A stretch of 32,000 nucleotides of DNA, taken from contig JAJRVL010000001.1 in the NCBI GenBank assembly GCA_024277355.1, forward strand, positions 102,363 through 134,362, in the 5' to 3' direction. Numbering within the stretch: position 1 is the stretch's first letter; the number at the start of each line of letters is the position of its first letter. Below the pieces are notes generated by a model. It saw only the letters and a program-made list of their open reading frames with translations, was not told the origin of the DNA and searched no databases. The translations under genes and the position numbers were made by a program. This stretch comes from an archaeon. Its GTDB lineage: Archaea; Iainarchaeota; Iainarchaeia; Iainarchaeales; 1-14-0-10-31-34. Of the stretch, positions 8,105 through 17,700 are shown piece after piece.

Positions 8105-10183
8105 ATGGCAATAAAAGATTTGTATTATGAAATGGAAGATAAATTTTATTCTTTAATTGACAAAACACCATTAACAAAAATAACTGACCCAATAGACAAA
8201 ATTGTCCCTTCATTTATGGTTTTTATTGCAGTAATTTTAATTTTATTTGCATCAGGAATAATTATTTTAATGGGAGAAGGTTTAGGAGAAGAAAAAAATT
8301 TAAGTTTTAAATTAATTGATGAAGACGGACAGGCATTAAGCCAGACAGAAATAATTGTTTCATTTAATGATAAAACAGAAACATTAACTACAAATGCTTT
8401 TGGAAAAACAGGAAAAATTAAAGTACCATTAAATTCAATGGTTTCATTTGAAGTAACTGAAACAGGATTTAAAAAAGAAACTGATTTATTTAAGTTTGCT
8501 GAAGAAGGCGAAAAAACAATTACCTTAAAATCAGGGACAGCAGAACAAGGAAAAACAAGAACAATAAAATTATATGATAAAGAAAACAGAAGTGAATTAA
8601 TTACAGGGAAAACTTATAGAGTTTCTTTTTCCTGCAGTAATTCAAAAGCAACTCCTCCTTCAACAATAACTGTTTCAAATGGAAAAGGAAACGTAATTGA
8701 ACCAGCAGACTGTGGAATATTAACTGCTTCAGTTTCAGGAAACCATTCAGAAAGCATTTCAATGGATTTAGATGAAGAAAGCAATGCAGTTTACTTGGAT
8801 TCATTAATTGAAGTTAATACTTTAATAGTTGAAGTTAAAAATGCAGACAATAAATCATTAGACGGAATAAAAATAAGGATTGATTCATTATATGACAATA
8901 ATGACACTCCTGTTTTTGCAGACAGTTCTTATACTTTTAACGGTCAGGCAGAATTTGAATTAGAATTAGGAACCTACAAAATAACTGCTTTTGATGAAAC
9001 AGGAAATTATTATGAAGCAAAAAAAACAATTAATTTTAATGGAAATGATTTAATTAGAATTGAATTAGAAAGAGCAGTGCCTGAAGGCGGTTACTTAAAA
9101 ATTAAAGTAATAGATAAAGACAATAAAAGCGAGTTAGCTGAAACAAAAGTAAAATTATATTTAGATAACGAAGTATTTGAAGAAAGAACAACTAATACAG
9201 AAGGAATAACAGAATTTTATTTAAAAGACAAAACATTGCTTTATGATGCAGTAATAGATAATGAACAATATATAGTAAAAAAAGTTTCAGGGCTTTCAGT
9301 TGATAATACAGCTGTTACTGTTGAATTAGAAAAATTCACTGGAAATAATGCAGGCACATTAAAGATTAGGACAATAACAATTGACGGAACAAAAGAAAAG
9401 CCTGTAAGAAATGCAAGAATTGCATTATATTCAGTTGAAGAAGATGAAGTAATTCTTACAGGATTAACAGAAAAAATAACTGACATAAATGGTTCAGTTG
9501 AATTTGATAAAATAAAAAACGGAACATACAAAGCTTTTGCATATAAAGGAACTTCTTCAGGATGGAGTGATGCAGTATTATATGACAGAAGAAATTCAGA
9601 TACAACAGGATTAACTGTAACAATGCTTATTCCAAACGGAACACTAAAATTAAATGTTGTGGATGAAGAAAACAATCCAATTCCTTTTACTACAATAACT
9701 TTTTTTGAAGAAGGAAATTCTAAAAAAATAAAAGCAGATAAAACAGACAGCAATGGAAGCATTTTAATTGAAACAAAAGCAGACAAACAGATTTACTTTA
9801 AAGCAGAAAAAGAAAATTTCATGGATTATTACAGCAAAAATTACCCAATATTTGATTCAGCAACAGAAGAAACAATTCAAATGATTCCTGAAAAAAGAAT
9901 GGAAAAACCAGAAATAAAAATTACAGGATTATTCAAAGGAAACGAAGTATTAAATGAAGTTTCTTCACTTGAAGCAGGAGACGAATATAAAGTAAAAATA
10001 CAGTTAATTATTCCTGAAAAGAACTATGAAGAAGCAGGAATTCATTTCAGAGTAGGAAAAGATATTTTCTTAGAAAATGATTTTATTTTTATTAAGACAG
10101 TTAATGCACCAAATGCAATAACAAAAAAATTCACAATGTTTGATGAAACAAACTTAAATGACTCAAAGAAAAGCTCTACTTAA
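8105..10183 (+). CDS. Giant surface protein paralog 2, N-terminal fragment (692 aa) ending at an in-frame TAA inside a conserved domain
   Basis: The N-terminus MAIKDLYYEMEDKFYSLIDKTPLTKITDPIDKIVPSF plus a TM helix is near-identical to giant 3. It carries CarboxypepD_reg-like repeats, e.g. LKIKVIDKDNKSELAETKVKLYLDNEVFEERTTNTEGITEFYLKD. It stops just after the AGIHFRVGKD motif, where paralogs 1 and 3 continue. Confidence 0.85.
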   Translation: MAIKDLYYEMEDKFYSLIDKTPLTKITDPIDKIVPSFMVFIAVILILFASGIIILMGEGLGEEKNLSFKLIDEDGQALSQTEIIVSFNDKTETLTTNAFGKTGKIKVPLNSMVSFEVTETGFKKETDLFKFAEEGEKTITLKSGTAEQGKTRTIKLYDKENRSELITGKTYRVSFSCSNSKATPPSTITVSNGKGNVIEPADCGILTASVSGNHSESISMDLDEESNAVYLDSLIEVNTLIVEVKNADNKSLDGIKIRIDSLYDNNDTPVFADSSYTFNGQAEFELELGTYKITAFDETGNYYEAKKTINFNGNDLIRIELERAVPEGGYLKIKVIDKDNKSELAETKVKLYLDNEVFEERTTNTEGITEFYLKDKTLLYDAVIDNEQYIVKKVSGLSVDNTAVTVELEKFTGNNAGTLKIRTITIDGTKEKPVRNARIALYSVEEDEVILTGLTEKITDINGSVEFDKIKNGTYKAFAYKGTSSGWSDAVLYDRRNSDTTGLTVTMLIPNGTLKLNVVDEENNPIPFTTITFFEEGNSKKIKADKTDSNGSILIETKADKQIYFKAEKENFMDYYSKNYPIFDSATEETIQMIPEKRMEKPEIKITGLFKGNEVLNEVSSLEAGDEYKVKIQLIIPEKNYEEAGIHFRVGKDIFLENDFIFIKTVNAPNAITKKFTMFDETNLNDSKKSST

Positions 10184-10216
10184 GGAGACGCAAAATGGTT
10201 TAATTCAGTCTGGTTT

Positions 10217-13200
10217 TTGCCTGAAAAAGGAGTGCATAATATTGAAATATTAATTAAAGTAAAAGAAAATGCAAGATTAGGACAGGAATTAAAATTAAAA
10301 TACAGAGCTTATGCTGATACAGGTTCAAGAACTGAAAGAAATCCAACAGATGTTTCAGTTACTTCTTCTGAAGAATTAAATGCTGCTGTAAAAGAAAAAA
10401 CTTTTACTGTAGGTGCAAATATTTTTTGTTCAAATGAATTCTGTTTTAGTGCAACAATTTTAGATTTAAAAGAAGACATAATCAAGAAAGTTTCAAATTC
10501 TTATCAAACAAAAATCCTACAGAAATATGAATTACAGTTTGATATATTGAATAATAATAAAACAAAAAAACATTATGATGCAAAAATTCAGTTAAAAAAT
10601 GAAAATGAAATGCTTAATTTTTTAGATTACAGAATAAGCAATGCTGATGCATTAACTAAAAGCGGAACAGCAGACAAAAAAGAATTACCTTGGGTTGAAT
10701 TAGGAGACTTTGATCCAAATAACCATATAACAGGAAAAACTGAATTTATTACTCAGGAAACAAAAACAGGAACAATAGATATTGTAATTGTTTCAAATCA
10801 GGAAATAGTATTTGAAAAAAACATTCAGATTGAAGTTCAGGCACCAAAAAACTTTTTAGTTGAATTTACTCCTGAAAAAATTCCTTCAACTACTTCATCT
10901 TTAATTGAGTTTACAGTATTTGACGAAGAAACAGGAATTGAAATTGAAAATGCTCAAATAAAAGTAATTGACAGGTTTGGAGACTTAATTGCAGGACCTG
11001 AATTAACCGACAGAGAAGGAAAAACAGAAATAATTATTTCAGGACAGGCTCCTGACACAAAATTAATTTTCAGGACAGAAAAACAGGAATACAATATTTC
11101 AGAATTAGAAGTTTTTACTGATAACTCAATAATTGAAATTACTCCTGATAGAATTGGAATTACATTAAACACTAAAACACAGAAGTCAAATGAATTTTCA
11201 TTTAAAATAAAAAACATATTAGAATTTGACTTGGAATTAACTTCACTTAAATTTACTGGAAACTTCAGAGATTTATTAAATAAAAAAGCAATGAATGCAT
11301 GGATGAATACAAATTACGGAAACATAATTATTCCTTCAAAAACAACAAAAGAAGTTAAAGTAAAAGGAATTTTATCTGATTATGCATTAAACAGAGAAGA
11401 AAGAGATATAGTTGAATTAGACTTGGAATTAGAGTTATCTAATGGAGAAGCTTTCTGGACAAAAGAAATTCCAGCAAAAATTTCAATTGGAATAGGCGGA
11501 GAAGTAGATGATCCAAATTGTTTAACTTTAGAACAAAGAACATGGAAAACAGGAACAGAAGGAAGCAAAGTAAAAATAGACTTTGGAATAGAAAATGCAT
11601 GTACAATTAACGGGAATCCAATTGAATTAAAAGACTTAGAAGCAAAAGTTAACTGGAATTCAAATCACATTGGAACTTATACTTTGACTTTTGAAGGAAA
11701 TCCAGTTGAATTAAGGTCAGCTTATTACAGGAAATTAACTGAAGAAATGGAAAACAGAAAATATACTGCAACACTTTCATTTGAACCAAACGGAGGAGTA
11801 AATGGAACAGCAAATGCAGAAATAATTTTAAGGGCAAGAAACCAGTTAGACGGAAAAGATGAATTTATTGAAGATAAAATTTCAACTGAAATAAAAATAA
11901 TTAACTTAAAAGACTGCATTAAGTTTTCTAATACAGACTTAAAAGTCAAAAAAGGAGAAATAACTTCATTTAATGTTTCAACTTTAGGTTGTGGAAGCAA
12001 TGTTTCTTTTACTTTTGATTCAGAATTAAAATTAAACAGTAAATCTTTAACTTTAGGTTCAGAAGATTCAACTGAAATAAAAATTGATTCAAGAGATGCT
12101 TTATCAGGGAGATATTTAATTAAAGCAGAAGCAAAAGGAAATTCTTTAGCAACAAAAACACAAATACAAAATATTTTTGTAACAGTATTTGAAGATTCCT
12201 GTGTTGCATTAAGCAGATATGAATTCGATATTTATGATTCAACTGAAAATGATTTTGATGGATATGACACAGCACAATTATACAATTACTGTGATGAAAA
12301 AGAATTATTAATTAAAGTTAACATGAAAGACTGGAGTTTAGCAATGAGAAATTCATTACTGCCTTCATTAATTGCATTTGGGACAGCAACAATAAGTGAT
12401 AAGAGCAGCGATAAAGCAGATACAACTGATAATTCAAATGGAGAAAAAGTATGGGCTGCAGAAAAAGAAAGCATTCCAACAACAGCATTTATAGGGTTGC
12501 CTTTTATTGGAGAAATTTCTCAGATTTTAAGCGGAGGAAACTTACTAAAAAGTGTTTTTGGTTCAGCTTCTCCATTTGAAATATTTGGAATAACTTTTGT
12601 TGCTTCAACTTTATATAATTACTTTAGTGCAGATGAAATTGGATTTAATGCAATAGCAGATAATATTACAGTCGATGACATTGTATTATTAGAAGGAATA
12701 AAATATACTACAGAAAAAATTGAAGTATTAGATGAAGAAATAGGATTAGTTATTGACGGTCCTTTTTCCTGCTTTGATTCAGTTTCAAATAAAACAATTG
12801 ACTGCTGGGATTTAACTTTTGTAAATGAAAATAAGTTGGTTCAGGAAGACGAATTTACTCCAATAATGAAAATACTTAAAACAAAATCAGCAGAACACTT
12901 CTGGAAAACAGATTACGACGGAGACTATTTCAATGAAAATAAAGGATTCCTTGAAAAAATGTTTAACGGAGCAGACTTAGACTTAAAAAAACCATTACAA
13001 GAAAAAACAAATAAACAAAATGAAATATTACAATACAATAAACTGCAATTTAATTCATTTAATCCAGAAGACACAACTTTAGGAAAACAAAATGCTTTTG
13101 GTTCATGTTCAATTGGAGAATTAACAGGAGAAACAGGAGTAAATGCTTTGCCTAAAATCAAATTAGACTGGAAATGGAATTCAATAACACAAAATTCATG

Positions 13201-14662
13201 CGATGAAAGTAATGAAAATTACATTTACTGTGATGCAACACAATTTTCAATTGAATTACTCAAAAAAATAAAAGAATTAACTGAAAGACTTGAAGCAGAT
13301 GCATTAACTTGTGAAACAAACTGCGTTTATTCAACAATTGAATTGCCTGCATTAATTGAAAACACAGAAAAAACAAGATCTGTTTCAGACAAAGAAAGAT
13401 TACTTGAATTAGTTTCATTTAATTCTTATTTAATTAAAGACGGTTATTCAAAAGACTTCCAGGAAGACTTCCATGATTATGCAGTTAATATTGATTTCTT
13501 TAATGCTCCAACTTCTTATTACAATCCAATAGAAGAAATAGGCCTTGGAGTTTACTTTAAAGACAATTCATTATTTGAATTCAATTACGAAGGCAGTCCT
13601 AACGCACCATTATCAGGACCAGGATTATACAACATTGAAATAGATATTACCTATAATGATTCTTCATGGAAATTATTCAATGGAAATACTCCTAATGCAA
13701 AAATAAAAATTAATTTAAGCAAACAAAGAGCAGCAAAACCAAACTCTCCATTATATTACCTGCCATTTAACGGAGAAATTGGACTTACATCAGATAATGG
13801 AAGAATAGGTTATGGATTAGATTACGAAAATTTAACAGGAAAACCAATAAGAATAAATGACACTACAAGAAGTATTAGAACAGTTCCTCTTTCAGTTGCT
13901 GATCCAGTAGAAGAATTAAGAACAATATATGAAACAGACTTCAAAAAATTAAATTTAGATGAAAGAGCAAAAATAATGCAGTTTGAAAGAACTTCAACCG
14001 GAACAAAATTAACTTATACTCCTTCAACTGCAACTCCAGTAATACTTGAAACAACAAGAAGTTCTGAAACACCAAAAGAAACAGCTTATGCATTTTATTT
14101 AATTACAGTTGACGGTCAGGCACAAAATGTTGGAAGCACAGGAATAACTAATTGGTCAGGAATAGAAGCAAACTGCAAAGACTTTGAAGACAGAAGTTCA
14201 TTAGATTACATGGAAACAGCAGACATGCATGGAATAAGCAGTGAAGCAAGCAATGCACAGATTACTGCAGATAAAGCAACAGCTTATGGATGGATATGGA
14301 ATAATCCAATTAGAACTGGAAAATTCTGGTTAGAAACATTAATTTTTAGTCCACTTGAATCAAAAACACAAATGCATTTAATTTCAGCAGCAAACAATGC
14401 AAAAATTTATACTCCATTAGATTCAGCAGTATTAACAGAGAATTCAAACTTAACTCCTTTTGTTGAATTAAATGGAGTAACAAGCTTGGAAATAACTTCC
14501 CTACAAAAAATACTTGATTTAGTTGAAACAAAAGATGTTTGTGTTGGAGGAATAGGAAATTCAAGTTATAGTTATTTCTTCTGGAATCCAGAAAAAGTTG
14601 ATGACTCAATTAATTCAGTTAAAAACAAGTTAAACGCAGAAGAAAACTGTATTCTGAAATAA
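10217..14662 (+). CDS. Giant surface protein paralog 2, C-terminal fragment (1481 aa from a TTG that is probably not a real start); same frame as 8105-10183
   Basis: It is in the same reading frame as the upstream fragment. The 11 codons between TAA 10181-10183 and 10217 read GDAKWFNSVWF, which aligns to GNAKWTNIIFN (giant 1) and AKAKWTNILWN (giant 3). There is no SD before 10217. The remainder is collinear with giants 1 and 3 to the C-terminus (..NCILK vs ..NCIG). Confidence 0.85.
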   Translation: MPEKGVHNIEILIKVKENARLGQELKLKYRAYADTGSRTERNPTDVSVTSSEELNAAVKEKTFTVGANIFCSNEFCFSATILDLKEDIIKKVSNSYQTKILQKYELQFDILNNNKTKKHYDAKIQLKNENEMLNFLDYRISNADALTKSGTADKKELPWVELGDFDPNNHITGKTEFITQETKTGTIDIVIVSNQEIVFEKNIQIEVQAPKNFLVEFTPEKIPSTTSSLIEFTVFDEETGIEIENAQIKVIDRFGDLIAGPELTDREGKTEIIISGQAPDTKLIFRTEKQEYNISELEVFTDNSIIEITPDRIGITLNTKTQKSNEFSFKIKNILEFDLELTSLKFTGNFRDLLNKKAMNAWMNTNYGNIIIPSKTTKEVKVKGILSDYALNREERDIVELDLELELSNGEAFWTKEIPAKISIGIGGEVDDPNCLTLEQRTWKTGTEGSKVKIDFGIENACTINGNPIELKDLEAKVNWNSNHIGTYTLTFEGNPVELRSAYYRKLTEEMENRKYTATLSFEPNGGVNGTANAEIILRARNQLDGKDEFIEDKISTEIKIINLKDCIKFSNTDLKVKKGEITSFNVSTLGCGSNVSFTFDSELKLNSKSLTLGSEDSTEIKIDSRDALSGRYLIKAEAKGNSLATKTQIQNIFVTVFEDSCVALSRYEFDIYDSTENDFDGYDTAQLYNYCDEKELLIKVNMKDWSLAMRNSLLPSLIAFGTATISDKSSDKADTTDNSNGEKVWAAEKESIPTTAFIGLPFIGEISQILSGGNLLKSVFGSASPFEIFGITFVASTLYNYFSADEIGFNAIADNITVDDIVLLEGIKYTTEKIEVLDEEIGLVIDGPFSCFDSVSNKTIDCWDLTFVNENKLVQEDEFTPIMKILKTKSAEHFWKTDYDGDYFNENKGFLEKMFNGADLDLKKPLQEKTNKQNEILQYNKLQFNSFNPEDTTLGKQNAFGSCSIGELTGETGVNALPKIKLDWKWNSITQNSCDESNENYIYCDATQFSIELLKKIKELTERLEADALTCETNCVYSTIELPALIENTEKTRSVSDKERLLELVSFNSYLIKDGYSKDFQEDFHDYAVNIDFFNAPTSYYNPIEEIGLGVYFKDNSLFEFNYEGSPNAPLSGPGLYNIEIDITYNDSSWKLFNGNTPNAKIKINLSKQRAAKPNSPLYYLPFNGEIGLTSDNGRIGYGLDYENLTGKPIRINDTTRSIRTVPLSVADPVEELRTIYETDFKKLNLDERAKIMQFERTSTGTKLTYTPSTATPVILETTRSSETPKETAYAFYLITVDGQAQNVGSTGITNWSGIEANCKDFEDRSSLDYMETADMHGISSEASNAQITADKATAYGWIWNNPIRTGKFWLETLIFSPLESKTQMHLISAANNAKIYTPLDSAVLTENSNLTPFVELNGVTSLEITSLQKILDLVETKDVCVGGIGNSSYSYFFWNPEKVDDSINSVKNKLNAEENCILK

Positions 14663-14666
14663 AAAC

Positions 14667-14682
14667 TTGTTTAATTAAACAA
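14667..14682. repeat. Perfect 16-nt palindrome ttgtttaattaaacaa, 4 nt after the giant-2 stop
   Basis: Read directly: the sequence equals its own reverse complement. It is AT-only, so any hairpin would be weak. It could be a protein-binding site or a weak terminator. Confidence 0.5.
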
Positions 14683-14745
14683 ACAATTAAATATAAATAA
14701 AAGCATAATATTTCTAATTTAAACTAAGTTAAAGAAGGGAATTTT

Positions 14746-17700
14746 TTGGGATTAAAAGACATTTATTATTCAATAGAAGACAAATATTATTCTTTAATTG
14801 AAAAAACTCCTTTAACAAAAATAACTGATAAAATTGATTCTATTGTTCCTTCTTTTGCAGTATTAATTGCATTAATTATTTTAATTTCAGGTTTTTTAGT
14901 TTTGCCTTTTTTTGGCGGAGAAGAATATTCTTTTACTGTAACAATCAAAGATGAACAGGGAAAAAAACTTGAAGGAATAAAAGTAAATGTTTTTATCGGA
15001 GAAGAAAAACAAGTTTTAACAACAGATTCTGAAGGAAAAATTTCATTAAAAGCAAAAAAAGATTTAAAAATAAAAATAGAAATAGACAACAAAAAATATG
15101 AATTTATAGAAAAACAATTTAATTTAACTGAAAATGAATTAAGTTTTGAAGTTGAATTAAAGAAAATTGAGGCAGAACCCGCAGAAGCTAATTTGAAGTT
15201 TACAGACAAAAGCGGAAAATATATTACAGGAAAAGAAATAACAGTAAACTTAAGCTGCAGTAATTCTTCTATTAAACCTTCTCCTTCAACAGTAAAAGAT
15301 TCAGATAAAGACGGGGAAATAAAAATTAATATTCCTAAAGGATGCGGAAAATTAGTTATTAATTCAGTTGAAGTTGAAGGATATGAAAACTGGTTTGGAA
15401 CAATTAATTCAGCAGTAGAAACAATAAAATTAAATGCAATATTTTTAGGACAGGCATTAGGAGATTTAAAAGTAATCGTGGAAAATTCAAACGGAGAATT
15501 ATTAGATGACATTAAAGTAAGTTTAATGAAAGGGAACTCAAAAATAGATCAAAAGTATACAGTTGACGGAACCGCAGAATTTACCGGAATTGAAATTGGA
15601 TTTTATGACTTAAAATTAGAAGACGAAAAAAATGGGTTTGAACCAAAAAGAGTTTATTCAGTTGAAATAGAAAACGAAAAAATAAATGAAAGAACAGTTG
15701 AAATGCAGCCAACAAAAAAAGGCACACTAAAAATAAATATATTAGATAAAGAAACTAATTCAAAAATAAAAAATTCTGAAGTAATAATAGAAAATGAATT
15801 AGGAGAAATAATAGGGGAAAGAAACACAGGAGAAACAGGAAATACAATTGAATTTGGATTATATTCCACTGAAAAACTAATTATTAAAGCAAGAGCAGAA
15901 AAATATTTGCCTGAAAAAACTGAAATTAACCCTGAAACCCAAAAAGAAGTTGAAATTAAATTAGAAAAAATTACTGCAGAAAACAGCGGTAAATTAAAAA
16001 TAATTTTAGTTGATGAAGACAAAAAAAACATTGCTAATGCAAGAGTAATGCTAAAAGATGAAGACGGCAGTCTGCTTACTGAGTATCCTGAAAAGTTTTC
16101 TGATGCAGAAGGAATAGTTGAATACACAGGAATAAAAAAAGGAATTTATTTTGCTTATGCAGAAAAATATCCTGCTTCTGGACTTTCAGACTCATTTGAA
16201 ATAAAATTAACAGAAAAAACTGAAATTGAATTAAAATTAATCATAGGAACAGCAAAAATTGAACTGCAAACAATAACAAAAGACGGAGAATTCATTCCAA
16301 ATACAAGAGTTAAAGTAAAAAGCATTGATGAAGAAAAAACTTATACTTTAAATTCAGAAGGAAAAACTACTTTAGAAATAAAAGCAGATAAAAGAGTTTT
16401 TTTTGAATTCTTTGATTCAAAAAATGTTTATTCAAAATACACTACAAAAGAATATCAGTTACTTCCAAAGAATTATTTTATTACTGCAACAATGCCTGAA
16501 CAAAATTTAGGAGAAAATTTATGGATTGAATTAAAAGGCGTTTATTTAAATGACACAAAACAAACTATTCTGGCAGGAGGAAAAAAATACAAAGCAGTAT
16601 TAGAATTATTTGTTCCAGAAAACGAATCATATGAAGAAGCAGGAATTCATTTCAGGACAGGAGAAGATGAAAACCCATTTATAGAAAATGATTTAGTTTG
16701 GATAGAAAAAATTAATGTTTCAAACGCTTCAAAAATAAAAGGAACAACATGGAACCCGAAAAAAGGGCAGCAAACTGATTTTGATTCAGATAATTCAGCT
16801 TCAAGCAATGCAAAAGCAAAATGGACAAATATTTTATGGAACAATGTTGAACCAGGAGTATATGAAGCAGAAATAGAACTAAGAATACGAGAAGGAACAG
16901 GAGATAAAGAAAAAGTAAGTTTAAGTTTTAGGGCATGGGGAAAAGGAAGAAACTATTATTACTTTCCGGCAGACAATGAATTAGGTTCAAGTTCTTCCAC
17001 TACAACAAAACAAGGATTATATGCTGAAACATTCCAGAAAGAATTTAACACAGAAGAAGAAGTTCCTGTTTGCATGGAAAACAATTTATGTTTGTCAAAA
17101 CAAAGATTAGAAGATAAAACAAAAGAACCATTTATCATACAAAAAAAACTTCCGTTTGAAGCAGGAGCAAACGGAAACTATGAATATAGTTTTAAAATAG
17201 TGAATAATTCTCAGTCAATTTATGATGAACCTGAATTATGGATTGAATTAATTGATGCAACAGGAAATTTAACTGAAGAAGCAGAAATAAGTTATTATGA
17301 AATTAAAACTTCAGAAGGAAATTCAAAAACAAAAGAAGTTAATTCAAATGAAACACAAGGAATTTCTTTAGGTTTATATGGAAGGCAGTCAGTAATTGAA
17401 GGAATTATTGGAATAAAAACAAAAAATACAGGAAATACTTTTGTTAACTTAAAAATATTTGAAAAAGTAAACAATGGGTCAAATAAAATTTTTGACAATG
17501 AAAAGAAAACAGAAATAAAAATTAAATCAGGAAAAGCATTAGAAATAGAATTAATGCCTGAATTAATTCCTGCTTTTGCTGAAACTCCTGCAACAATAAT
17601 AATAAAAGATTTAGATGGAATTGAAGTAGAACAAGCAAGAGTAAAATTAAATGTAATAGAAGAAGGAAACAGAAAAATAACTATTGAAGAAAAACAAACA

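Noticed and set aside
300-10183. Alternative genetic code (TAA reassigned) as the explanation for the two in-frame TAA codons
   Set aside because: TAA also terminates giant 1, giant 2, all five small ORFs, the HerA-like gene and map, at positions supported by paralog alignment or immediately followed by SD plus start. TGA and TAG likewise end giant 3, polB and the PKD protein at plausible C-termini. The standard code fits, so only local readthrough or pseudogenisation remains plausible.
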